From: Hydrolagus colliei
Taxonomy: Eukaryota
DNA length: 64,000 bases
Reading direction: 5' to 3'
Assembly: GCA_035084275.1 (NCBI GenBank)
Contig: CM068778.1
Coordinates: 1,426,001 to 1,490,000, forward strand
The translations under genes were made by a program, and so were the position numbers. The number at the start of each line of letters is the position of its first letter. The stretch's first letter is position 1. This document shows positions 34,301-43,897 of the stretch, one piece after another. A model generated the notes under the pieces. The model was not told the DNA's origin and searched no databases. It saw only the letters and a program-made list of their open reading frames with translations.

Positions 34301-36568
34301 AATGAATGGGAGTGGCGGCAACTTTAAAGCGTTTTCAAATAAGCAAAATCAGGATGATGACTGTGATGAGATACATAAACCTCGATCAAATCGGGAGCGT
34401 TTTGAAAGTCTTTCCTCTCGAATGCAGCGAGCCCTGTTGAATGCCGCTGAAGAAATTAACAAATGCTGTAGGTCCTGCTTCTCGACAGGTGTCGACGGCT
34501 TGGGGAGATTCACCAAAGGGAGGACACGATTTGGTCCCGGGAGAACGAGTGTATATCAAGAAGATACATAAAAATCCGTTAGGTGCTAAGTGGGAAGGTC
34601 CCTACATGGTGTTGCTGACAACTCCTGCTGCAGTAAAAGTGGAAGGAAGGAAGGCTTGGATTCACGCGTCACATGTGAAACGCTCCACTGTTTAAGCACT
34701 GTGTGTTTATAATTTTTTAAAAAAAATTTTAGAATACTTTCATTTCTGTCAATATGCATAGGGATGGTAACGGTAACCACGTCCCAACAGGGAGAAGCCC
34801 ACGCTATCGATAAGCACAATGTGGCAGTTAATACCTATTTGTTAATGACACTTAAAACCTCCATTGCCACAAATCGTACAAAATGTTGGGTTTGTAAGAT
34901 TCCCCATAGTACAAAGGAAGGTTTTTCAATAAGGGTTGTTCCTTTTAATGTCACAATGATGTTACAGTGGTTATTGTCTCAAAACAATATTGGTAATGTT
35001 ACTGAATTGGAAATGGACACGAATGGGCCAGTTTTGCCCAAACAGCTGGAATCAGCTGGTTATTCCTCGACTCAGTTTTCGGGATGGTATCACCCGGACT
35101 ATAAGGATACTTCACCAAGCCCTTCCCCCTTTATCTTAACAGTATTATGTTTAGATTGTTGTGACAGAGTCACAAAAGGGGGGATTGTGGGAATGTAGCA
35201 GTTTTGGGTGTGACTCTGTAATAACCTATATCCCCGATGAGTCTGAAAATATTACCAACCTAGTATCTCACATGCATAGAGAAGTAAATAGGCTTAGATA
35301 CGGCGATCCCCTTCCGGCCTGGTGGAAAGCCTGGTTGGAGGGATGGGGAGCCTGGTTCATGCACGTGCTAGTTATTGTGATAGCATTGTTATTAATCTTT
35401 TGTGTAACAATACAATGTATAAAAGTTTGCCTTAATCGTTTGGGCTTCTGTTGCACCAGGTGTTTCGTTGTCGCTTTTACATAAGCAACATCAACAGTAT
35501 TATGTTTAGATTGTTGTGACAGAGTCACAAAAGGGGGGATTGTTGGAATGTAGCAGTTTTGTGTGTGACTCTGTAACAACACGTTTGTGTTTATCTGGCA
35601 GTTTAGACTGATTTAGACCAGATAACTATGTATTGTAGAAATATAACAAGTGTGTGTGACCATTGGATCAGATAACTTTGTAGTGTAGAAAGATAACAAG
35701 TGTGTGTGACCATTGGATCAGATACCTTTGTAGTGTAGAAAGATAACAAAGTGTGTGTGACCATTGGATAACGCTCCTAATATGGGCATGTTGGTTGGGC
35801 AATACTGTCTTAACTGATTGGGTCCTGTAGGACAAAGAAAGCAAACTGAGTATATATGTGTTGAATCCTCCCAAGATTCAACGGTTCGAACTAACAAGTA
35901 ACTATTCGAATCACAAGAGGAGTGCCTGTACTATAACTGGGATGTAGTACTGAATAAAAAGATCATAAAACTCTGTGATGACTGAAGATCGTTTCTTTGA
36001 GAAAACTCCCATTTCTTCTGAATCTAACACCCCCCACCCCCCACACACACACACAATGCAATCTGCCAATTGACTACCTAAGGCATTCCTATTTACTGCT
36101 CAGTGAAATAAGAATAAGAATCGTTGCATTTGATAAAACACTTTTCACATTTTTTGGACGCCTCAAAGCCTTTAAAAAATTTACTGTGAAATAAATTGAC
36201 TATATTTTGTGGGCAAAACACAGCAACCAATTGCGCACAGCAGCCTGCAACAGATATCCATGGATTGAAACAAACAATTTCTTTTTGAGGTTGTATTATC
36301 AGGCATGCGCCGAAATGTGCTAAAATATGGTAAAAATGTAGGGATTGTCCAATTAATTGTCTTGTCAAAACTACATTGTTTTAACACCCCTGAGAGAGAG
36401 AGAGAGAGAGACTTACCAGCACATCATCAATTTTCCACTCTATCTCCACTGTGTCCGGGTAAAACTCTGAGACAAGACACACCACAGTTCCCCAATTCTC
36501 TGTCCTCAGCTCTTCCTGGGATGCATCGTAGAGGAAGACTTTGGGCTCGCGTATCTGCTCATCGTTCC
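28615..36568 (-). CDS. TRBC: TCR beta constant region gene (5 exons)
   Basis: Spliced: xNDEQIREPKVFLYDASQEELRTENWGTVVCLVSEFYPDTVEIEWKIDDVL|VNNEDSGRVQTDSKSTKSGSLYSVSSRLRLPAADFVSAKGITCHVTHIKYGTKKETFVKKVEPKG|EFCKSMTK|DEIQERMVTGKLSYLILVCKSVVYGVMISFIGWKSK|YLSSKQLD*. All junctions GT-AG with compatible phases. Confidence 0.93.
28794..28900 (-). CDS. TRBC: TRBC exon 4 (connecting peptide + TM with conserved Lys)
   Basis: TTCTTAG acceptor, LSYLILVCKSVVY motif typical of C-beta TM, AAG|GTAAAT donor. Confidence 0.92.
29290..29810 (-). mobile_element. Degenerate L2 LINE 3' fragment in TRBC intron
   Basis: Minus-strand translation resembles L2 RT C-terminus (AGLSAS...LQL...SRPFTALG), followed by an L2-like tail. 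Confidence 0.55.
29843..29866 (-). CDS. TRBC: TRBC exon 3 (24-nt hinge with interchain Cys)
   Basis: TTTCCCCTCTAG acceptor, AATTCTGTAAGTCGATGACAAAAG, donor GTGAGC; phase 1-1, encodes EFCKSMTK. Confidence 0.85.
29943..30211. other. Assembly gap (269 N)
   Basis: Run of N inside TRBC intron 2. Confidence 0.99.
30345..30666 (-). mobile_element. CR1 LINE 3' fragment nested in a Deu-SINE
   Basis: Encodes FPLVGESVTRGHRFK...GYGERAGQWD, near-identical to the 3' end of the CR1 at 56.8-58.3 kb, with the (A)TCTATGA-type tail; SINE sequence resumes on both sides. Confidence 0.88.
30920..31115 (-). CDS. TRBC: TRBC exon 2 (second half of Ig C1 domain)
   Basis: TTTTGACAG acceptor, YSVSSRLRL and CHVTH motifs, G|GTAAAT donor; 196 nt. 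Confidence 0.93.
31855..32393 (+). repeat. ERV 5' LTR (539 bp)
   Basis: TGTTGG...CTAACA; four copies of the CAAGTGTGTGTGACCATTGG core of a 50-bp repeat; TATATA-like box and AATAAA. Confidence 0.93.
32396..32413 (+). promoter_or_regulatory. Primer binding site, tRNA-Ser
   Basis: TGGCGTAGTCGGCAGGAT is the exact complement of the vertebrate tRNA-Ser(AGA/UGA) 3' end ...ATCCTGCCGACTACGCCA (recalled sequence). Confidence 0.85.
32459..32570 (+). repeat. Two imperfect 57-bp tandem repeats in the ERV leader
   Basis: TGAATCGGTAAAGGTGTACG...AAGGGCGGAACACGG starts at 32459 and 32516. Confidence 0.75.
32868..34571 (+). CDS. gag: Retroviral Gag (open ORF; C-terminal tail read out-of-frame from IN remnant)
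   Basis: Coiled-coil-like N-terminal region, capsid MHR-like QEPTETVAQFDERF, zinc knuckle CRRCGKEGHWAKTC; no stop over about 568 codons. Confidence 0.88.
   Translation: MVEKKSEKNTLHRGQAPPDVSETEMLSELTQIFQKNMNLLKLQQTLENKYNMGTGQWSLPNIQKLWGKTTRSKGNDQTRLAMIVMSQLRQRSEIMRNTQYDTDMKKAKEQLNAMAEQLSKKQAEIEKLKTELFKQKEKGVKISSAPSVPYQSVYPYLNVLHASIPSLPPEYASGYECDPWDPSTCLPDPWGGDDNRPPQLRPMVTRYRARRGQGPAGPPAARPEEEANVGPVGGAQAFGAVWVPFHEHQPADPDRIDKWSKALPDPKKGSLKTWEELNRIRTIYRLHPQDGVQVLSVMATGRNTQELQQQVYTALGENGNNLNAGWGAIRQWLRNQGPARVDWKKISGCTQEPTETVAQFDERFRAVWIEHSGLANDMQNADLDANEEGPLKPAFMAGLKGEISKLVKLTLPLWEEQGVTFGQLVARCIQVDRDQGVQLRAFQRGERTSAGQSSFGHKPGKCRRCGKEGHWAKTCRVRMNGSGGNFKAFSNKQNQDDDCDEIHKPRSNRERFESLSSRMQRALLNAAEEINKCCRSCFSTGVDGLGRFTKGRTRFGPGRTSVYQEDT
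34466..34695 (+). pseudogene. pol: Integrase C-terminal (GPY/F) remnant; PR/RT/RH/IN core deleted
   Basis: PGERVYIK...KWEGPYMVLLTTPAAVKVEGRKAWIHASHVK, a typical class I retroviral IN tail. Confidence 0.85.
34731..35484 (+). pseudogene. env: env remnants (SU N-terminus and TM C-terminus)
   Basis: Hydrophobic signal-like segment and NRTKCWVC, then TYIPDESENIT...membrane anchor; the two are joined through a PPT/U3 copy and are out of frame. Confidence 0.8.
35529..35540 (+). promoter_or_regulatory. Polypurine tract
   Basis: AAAAGGGGGGAT immediately before the 3' LTR TG. Confidence 0.88.
35541..36029 (+). repeat. ERV 3' LTR (489 bp)
   Basis: Appears identical to the 5' LTR except for one fewer 50-bp unit. 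Confidence 0.93.
36417..36568 (-). CDS. TRBC: TRBC exon 1 (first half of Ig C1 domain)
   Basis: CTCCCTCAG acceptor in phase 1 (matching J), TVVCLVSEFYPDTVEIEW motif, CTG|GTAAGT donor. Confidence 0.93.
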
Positions 36569-36932
36569 CTGAGGGAGCAATGTGGAGAGAAAGAAAGAAG
36601 GAATGAGAGAGAGACAGAGAGAGAGAGAGAGAGAAAGATAGAATAAAAGACAGAAAGGGAGAATGGAAGAAAATAGGGAATGAGAATGGGAAAGACACAG
36701 AGAATGAGAAATTCTGCCCCGATCCCTCTTCCCCTGCTCTTGTCCCTACCTCACTGTTTCTCTATCCCTAACTCTCTGTCCTTCACTCCCTATCTCTGGT
36801 TCTCTCTGTTTCTTTCTCTGCATGTGTCTGTTCGTGTGTTTGTATCTGTGTAGAGATGGAGATTGAGGGAGGGAGGCAGATCGCGTTCTGACAAAATCAA
36901 CATTTGAACAAGAGAAATTGACCGAAACTCAT

Positions 36933-36960
36933 CAAGAACAATTAGCTTTGCTCAGTGGAG
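36933..36960 (-). pseudogene. Pseudo-J beta (FGxG lost, donor GT changed to AT)
   Basis: ...AAAGCTAATTGTTCTTG|ATGAGT; RSS-like CACAGAT-12-GATATAACC at 36961-36988. Confidence 0.6.
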
Positions 36961-37400
36961 CACAGATATAAGCTGGTGTGATATAACCTCAACATATAGT
37001 GAGCAAAGCAGAGAGACAGACAGGGAGAGAGAGACTGAGATACCGAGAAAGAATCTGAGAGAGGCGGAGAGCCTGAGACAAAGCAAGGAAAGAAAGAGAT
37101 GCGGACAGATTGAGAGACAGAGACTAAGAAAAAGATAACCAAGAGAGTAGAACCTGTGACAGAGAGAAAGCCTCGGATACTGAGAGAGAGAGAGAGAGAG
37201 AGACTGAGACACAGCAAGGGTCACAAAGAAAGATGCTTTTAGATTGAGAGACTGAGACATGAAGAGAGCAGAGACTGAGAGACTTACACACAAACAGACA
37301 GCGAGAGGTAAGCGATTAAACAAGCAATTTGGGATGCAATTTGACACATTGAGATGTGTCTGATGCTCATTTTCAACCAGATAAATAAACTCAAACTCAC

Positions 37401-37459
37401 CATTAACAACTAGACAATTAGCTTTGTTCCTTTGGAAGCTTGGTTTACATCAGAAGGAG
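37401..37459 (-). pseudogene. Pseudo-J beta (SKGTKLIV*)
   Basis: Degenerate FGxG, in-frame TAG, GTGAGT donor, heptamer CACAGAG at 37460. Confidence 0.6.
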
Positions 37460-37756
37460 CACAGAGAAAGATAGGTGGCTCTGTCAACAGAGAGAGAGAC
37501 AGACTGACAGGCAGACAGACAAAGCAAGAGACCGATTGACTGATACAGAGAGAGACTGGGTTTAGAGGCTAAAGTCGGTGGGGAGAAGCTTGGTGAGGTG
37601 GGGCTGTGGGGGAGAGGGAGGGAGGCAATGGGATGAGAGTGGAGACCGCGGGGGGAAAGAGAGAGACAACAGACTCGAGGGGGGGGCAGAGAGCAGGGAC
37701 TTGGGGAAGTTAGAGGAGAGAGTTTGGACACAAATGTAAAATATAGTTTAACTCAC

Positions 37757-37805
37757 CGAGAAAAATCAGTTTGGTGCCACCGCCAAAGTATGCTGGATTG
37801 GTGTT
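37757..37805 (-). CDS. TRBJ: J beta segment NTNPAYFGGGTKLIFL
   Basis: FGGG motif, G|GTGAGT donor, heptamer CACAGCC 37806-37812, weak nonamer. Confidence 0.88.
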
Positions 37806-38099
37806 CACAGCCAGTAATGTCTGTCATATATCTCCCAGCTGAGAGACAGTGGGACAGACAGACAGACAGACAGAGAGAAGAGAAAGAGGGTGGTGGACAG
37901 AGAGATTGACTGATACAGAGAGAGACTGGGTTTAGAGGCTAAAGTCGGTGGGGAGAAGCTTGGTGAGGTGGGGCTGTGGGGGAGAGGGAGGGAGGCAATG
38001 GGATGAGAGTGGAGACCACGAGCGGGGGGGAGAGAGCAGGGACTTGGGGAAGTTAGAGGAGAGAGTTTGGACACAAATGTAAAATATAGTTTAACTCAC

Positions 38100-38148
38100 C
38101 GAGAAAAATCAGTTTGGTGCCACCGCCAAAGTATGCTGGATAGTTGTT
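38100..38148 (-). CDS. TRBJ: J beta segment NNYPAYFGGGTKLIFL
   Basis: Tandem duplicate (343-bp offset) of the J at 37757; heptamer CACAGCC 38149-38155. Confidence 0.88.
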
Positions 38149-38312
38149 CACAGCCAGTAATGTCTGTCATATATCTCCCAGCTGAGAGACAGTGGGACAG
38201 GCAGACAGAGGGAGAGACAGAGAGAGGGGAGAAAGAGGGTGGTGGACAGAGAGATAGACATGGACAGAGAGAAAGAGAGAGAGACAGACCCTCACCTCCA
38301 GTCAATACTCAC

Positions 38313-38360
38313 CCAGGACCCTCAGTCTTGTTCCTTCTCCGAAATACGCAATGGTGTTTG
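38313..38360 (-). CDS. TRBJ: J beta segment NTIAYFGEGTRLRVL
   Basis: FGEG motif, G|GTGAGT donor, 12-RSS CACATCA-12-ACGTAAACT at 38361-38388. Confidence 0.9.
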
Positions 38361-38813
38361 CACATCATGTCAATGACTGACGTAAACTCTCCCTCTCTCT
38401 TGTCTCCCCTTCTCTCATTCCCTCTCTGCTCTCTCCATCTTTGACTCTCCCTGTATCCCACTCTGTCTCTGGCTCGCTCACCAGCTCTCTCCCGCTCTCA
38501 CATCTTTCCCGCCTTTGCTATCTTCTTTCTCCCATTCTCTTACTCCTCCATCTCTCTTACTCTCCCCCCCTCCCCCCTTCTCCTGTTGACTCTCTTTTCT
38601 TTTCTCTCCTGTCACTCCCTCTCTTTTAGCCTCTCACAACTTTTCTTCCAGTTCCTACCATCCCTCTCCTCTCCCTCTCCTCCCACACAACTAAAGCTAA
38701 CTGGAAGTTACCCATAAACACCATCAGTCATGGACCTGCTGAGATCCCCCCCACCCCCCCCCCTCCCCACAGCTAGTTTTTGTACAGCTGTCAGTGAGAG
38801 ATGTATCACAGTG

Positions 38814-38828
38814 GCTCCCCCCTGTCCC
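38814..38828 (-). other. TRBD: D beta segment GGGACAGGGGGGAGC
   Basis: 5' 12-RSS (heptamer 38829-38835, nonamer 38848-38856); 3' 23-RSS CACTGTG-23-ACAAAAACT (38775-38813); vertebrate-conserved GGGACAGGGGG core. Confidence 0.95.
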
Positions 38829-39639
38829 CACAATGTGAAATGCTCGTTCAAAAACACCCACCAACAGAGAGAGTGAGGGAGGGGGAGGCAGAGTAGCCAC
38901 AAACCCACAATCCCTCCCCCTTCCCACCCACCTCTCTTGCGGTCCAAAATGGATGTGGGATTTAGGCGTCCAATAGAGGAAATGAACATTGATAATATGG
39001 TCACTCAACCCACGACTGTTCGTGGGGAGGCTGCTGCGTGCAATTAGCTGCTGCGATTCGCCCTCAAAATCTACACTCGGATCTCATTTACGGTGTGTTC
39101 TGTGAGGCGCTTTGAGACGTCCAGAAGACGGTCCAGACGTTCAGTTGTTCCGTGGTACACAAATGCAAGGATTATTATTGTGTAACTCTGCAGCCTGTGC
39201 CCGCCTCTGCACCAGGCTCGGTGACCATATCACCCCCACATCCCCGCCCAACACCACTGTCTCCCCTTCATGCAGAGGATAGAGGTTCATAGAGTTCGAG
39301 ATCGTTTGAAGCCCTCCCATAGATTTCCTCCCTGCTAATTATAACAAATAATAATATAACAATCCTTACATTTATATAGCGCTTTCCACATCTTATCGAC
39401 TTCTCAACCCACTACAATTCTATGATCTGCTAATCCCCAAGCAAACTCCTCCCGCTCCGCGGGCTCTGGCCTGCTTTATGTCTCCCGCCTCTCCCCGCCA
39501 CACCATTGGTGGGCTTCTCTCCAGCCACTCTGCCCCCATCCTCTGGCGATTTTCCTGTCAATTGGATCGTCCTCCCGATGTGAAAGGCAGGACTTGAATG
39601 TAATTGTGTTGTTGGTTCTTGTTGTTGTAGCCGCAGCTA

Positions 39640-39895
39640 AGCCCCCTCCTAGGCTAGGTTCCTGATGGAGATCTCCGGGGAGGAGTTCTTGTGACTGGTC
39701 TGTGTGGTGTTGTAGTCAGGTTGAAAACTTTTCAGATATGTTGGGTTTGAGTAACAGCTGCCAATGTGAGGCTTCCCTGTTGGAGTTACTAGAGCATCAT
39801 ACTAAGGGCAGTATTATCATGGTGACACCTTCAAGTCACACTCTCTCCCTCTCTGGTCCTTGGCCACAGAGTCACCAACTCTTCCAATGACAGAC
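39640..39895 (-). pseudogene. TRBV: TRBV pseudogene nearest D
   Basis: V-homologous with indels and stops; no YYC, RSS or leader found. Confidence 0.8.
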
Positions 39896-40326
39896 CTGCA
39901 AAGTCAACATAACAATTTGATCCAACCAACAGGGAATCTGGGCCTGAATGTCCAAGCAGGGGATTAGTCTCAGACTGAAATTGGGCTAACCTCAGACAGA
40001 GAGTGGTGTAGCATGAAATGACTGTGGATTTGAAGGTTTACATAGATGGAGAGGTGTTCGAGGGGTTGGAGGTAACAGAGAAGTTGAGATGGAGCCAATG
40101 TCTACTCTGGCTCTGGATCAATCTTCTTTTTCTCGGTCTCTCAACCGATCGTCTGCATTCATGTGTTTAGTTTTTACAGAGACTGAGGGTAGGTGTTGGT
40201 GGGGGAGTTGCTTGGTTATCTGCATGTTGTGTGTGTGTGTCTGTGTGTGTGGATATAAAGAAGAGAATCGATGTGTACCCTGTGTGAGGTTTATGTATGA
40301 GACATCTGTCTCTCTCTCACACTGTG

Positions 40327-40830
40327 CCCTTCTCTAGCAGCACAGTAATACACCCCCTCCTGGGCTGTGTTGCTGATGGAGATCTCCAGGGAGGATTCCT
40401 TGTCAGTTGACTTTGTGATGTTGTAGCCAGATTTAAAACCCTCCTCATACCTTGACGGTGGGCTAAGATTATATCCGATCAATGTGAGGCCTCCCTGATG
40501 GGGTTGGAGGTACCAAAGCATCGTTTGATGGGTTGTGTCGTTCTGGTAACATGTCAAAGTCACTTTCTCTCCCACTCTGACTGTGACTGTTCCCGGCCAC
40601 TGAGTCATCAAAGCTCCCACTGACAGACCTGCAAAGGCAATATAACAATGTGATCCCAACGATGAGGAATCTGGGCTCACACACACAAAGCAGGGTTGTT
40701 TTGGACATAGAGAGGGGTGTTATATAAAATCCCAGTGGAATTGGGAGCCTGAGGAGCTTTGGGAGATGTTGAGATACTCACAGGACCAGAGGATGGAGAT
40801 CAGAGAGACAGTGAGAAAGCACAGACTCAT
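40327..40830 (-). CDS. TRBV: TCR beta V segment (right array R1)
   Basis: Leader 40782-40830, V exon 40327-40628. CACAGTG 40320-40326, nonamer 40288-40296. Confidence 0.93.
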
Positions 40831-41524
40831 AATTGGTCAGAGACTTGAGATTAACCTCGGGATTCTCACACTAGTGATCAAGTTCTCTCCCTTCTTCTCC
40901 CTCGCATACACACCCTGTTTTTTTCTCTCACCAGCTATTTTTCCATTCAATCATCCCAATATCACTCCTCTCTTCATCAATCGTTGTCTCACTCTGTCTC
41001 ACACTTACACCCTCTGTCTCTCACACAAACAAACACTATCTCTCTGTCTCTGTGTCTGTGGAATGAAGCTCCAACACAGTAAAAACACCAATGAAACCAA
41101 ACTGTCAGCACTACAACGGAAGTGGGCCTTGCCTCCATCTACCAACACTCCTCCTCTCGACCCATTGTGCCATTGGTGGGATGTATAGACGTAGGGGTGG
41201 CGAGATTGCTCAGTCAAGCTACAGCCTCTCCCAGGGTATGGATTGGGAACAATGGGTCACAAAGTGGGTCGCAGATTCACCGACAGACACAGAGGAGAGT
41301 TGGCGAGATGGAGCCGTGTCTACTCTGGCCCTGAAACTCATTTTCTCCGTGTCTCTCAATCGTCTGTGTTCATGTGTATTATTGTGCAGAGACTGAGTCC
41401 AGGTGCTGATGGGGGAGGGCACTGGTTTGTATGTGTGTTTGTATGTGTGTGTGTGGTAAACTGAGATGTTGTGTATCCTGTGTGAGGTTTATGTATGAGA
41501 GATCTGCCTCTCTCTCACGCTGTG

Positions 41525-42068
41525 CCCTTCTCTAGCAGCACAGTAATACACCCCCTCCTGGGTAGTGTTGCTGATGGAGATCTCCAGTGAGGATTCCTTG
41601 TTGTCCTCAGTCTGTGTAATGGTGTAGCCAGCTTTAAATTCTTCCTCATTTTGTGGGTTTCTCAATCTGCTATATCCGATCAACGTGAGGCCTCCATGGT
41701 GGGGTTGGAGGTACCAGAGCATTGTTTCAAGGGCTGATTCATTCTGGTAACATCCCAAGGTCACAGTCTCTCCCTCTCTGACTGTGACTGTCCTCGGCCA
41801 CTGAGTCACCAACTCGGCCAGTGACAGACCTGCAAAAACAACGTAACAATGTGATTCTGCCGACAGGGAATCTGGGCTGAATGTCCTGGGGGAAGGGAAT
41901 TCCCAGGGAAACTCACACACACAAAGCAAAGAACATCTCGGGCACGAGAGGGATATGATGTGAAATCCCTGTGGGTTTGAGAGCTCCCACGAAATTGCAA
42001 GCTTTTGAGAGACACTCACAAGGCCAGAGGATGGAGACCAGAGAGAGAGTCAGAAAGTACTGGCTCAT
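41525..42068 (-). CDS. TRBV: TCR beta V segment (R2)
   Basis: Leader 42020-42068, V exon 41525-41829. CACAGCG 41518-41524. Confidence 0.93.
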
Positions 42069-42641
42069 TATTAGTAGATACGATCACATAGGCTATTTCT
42101 CAATTTAAGTTTCTCTATACTCCCAATCCCTCTTTCCCAATCGTTGTCTAACTCAGTCACTCACAATCGCTCTCTCACACACACTCTCTCTCTGTCTGTG
42201 TGGAATGAAGCTCTGGCAGAGTTAAGGCACCAATCAAACCAAAGTATCACCACCACATCCGCCGCCACCTCAATGAGACATTGGAAGGAGATGGAAATGC
42301 AGGGGAGGGGACACGCCTTAATGAAGCTACAGATACTCGCAGGAAACATTAGGTCCCAAATTAGTGAAAGATTCAGAGGAAAACACAGATGGAACACTGT
42401 GGAGAGTTGGCGAGATGGGGCCATATCTACTCTGGTCCTCAACCTCTTTGTCTCTCCCATCTCTCAATCATCTGTGTTGATGTGTATTATGTTGCAGAGA
42501 CTGAGTCCAGGTGCTGATGGGGGAAGGCACTGGTATGGCTGTGTGTGTGTGTGTGTGTGTCAGTGTGTTTGTGGTAACTGAGACGTTGTGTATCCTGTGT
42601 GAGGTTTATGTATGAGAGATCTGTCTCTCTCTCACACTGTG

Positions 42642-43202
42642 CCCTTCTCTGGCAGCACAGTAATACACCCCCTCCTGCGTTACGTTCCTGATGGAGATCT
42701 CCAGGGAGTTGTTCTTGTTTTCATTAGTCTGTGTAATGGTGTAGCCAGAACTAAAATCTTTCTCATTTTTGGGGTTTGCGTCGCTGCTGTATCCGATCAA
42801 TGTGAGGCCTCCCTGATGGGGTTGGATGTACCAGAGCATTGTACGAAGCAAAGTATTGTCGTGGTGACATGTCAAAGTCACAGTCTTTCCCTCTCTGGCT
42901 GTGACTGTCCCCGGCCTCTGAGTCACCAACTCTGCCAGTGACAGACCTGCAAAGACAACATAACAATGTGATCTGACCGACAGGGAGGGAATTTGGACTG
43001 AATGTTCTGGGTGGGGGGGGGGGGTGTGAGGGACACTCGGGATGGTGCACACACTGTAAACGGGTTCATCTCGTACAGAGAAAATTGTATTAAATTAAAT
43101 CTCCTTGTATTTCAGTTCTTGCTGGCGATGGGGACATACTGAGAGATACTCACAGGGCCACAGGATGGGGATCAGAGAGATAGTGAGAAAGGACAGACAC
43201 AT
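42642..43202 (-). CDS. TRBV: TCR beta V segment (R3)
   Basis: Leader 43154-43202, V exon 42642-42946. CACAGTG 42635-42641. Confidence 0.93.
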
Positions 43203-43897
43203 TGTTTGCAGACTTGTGATTAACATTGATAACTTCACACCACAGATCAAGTTCTCTCCCTTGTTCACTCTCACGCACGCTTTCTGCTGTTCTCAGACAA
43301 GCAATTTAACTTTCTGAATGTCGCTCCTCTCTTTCCGAATCGTGGTCCACCTCTACCTCACGCACACTCTCTGTCTCTAACGCAAACACACACTACCTCT
43401 CTGTCTCTCTGTCCGTGGAATGAAGCTCCAACAGTGTGAAGATACCAATGAAACCAAACTGTCAGCACTACAACGGAAGTGGGCCTTGCCCCCCATTCCC
43501 CAACCCTCCCCCTCCTGACCCAGTGTGCCATTGGTGGGAGGTGCAGATGTGGGGGTGGGGAGATTGCTCAGTCAACTACAGCCTCTCCCAGGGTATGGAT
43601 TGGGAACAATGGGTCACAAAGTTAGACGCAGATTCACAGACAGACACAACGGGAACAATGTGTAGAGTTGGGGAGATAGAGCCGTGTCTACTGTGGCCCT
43701 GAAGCACTATTTCTCTCTGTCTCTCTATCGTCCGTGTTCACGTGTATTGTTTTGCAGTGACTGAGTCCAGGTGCTGATGGGGGTGGACACTGTTTGTGTG
43801 TGTGTGTGTGTGTCTTTCAGTGTGTGTGGTAAACTGAGACGTTGTGTACCCTGTGTGAGGTTTATGTATGAGAGATCTGTCTCTCTCTCACGCTGTG

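Larger units (their letters stand above)
31855..36029 (+). mobile_element. Endogenous retrovirus (class I / epsilon-gamma-like), internally deleted, antisense in TRBC intron 1
   Basis: Two TG...CA LTRs, C-run TSD (at least CCCC), PBS, gag with CCHC knuckle, IN C-terminus, env remnants, PPT. Confidence 0.93.

Noticed and set aside
34466-34571. Novel C-terminal Gag domain
   Set aside because: It is an out-of-frame read-through of the integrase remnant created by the pol deletion.
38807-38856. Reverse use of the D 3' heptamer (CACAGTG on plus strand)
   Set aside because: No nonamer at 12 or 23 bp in that direction.
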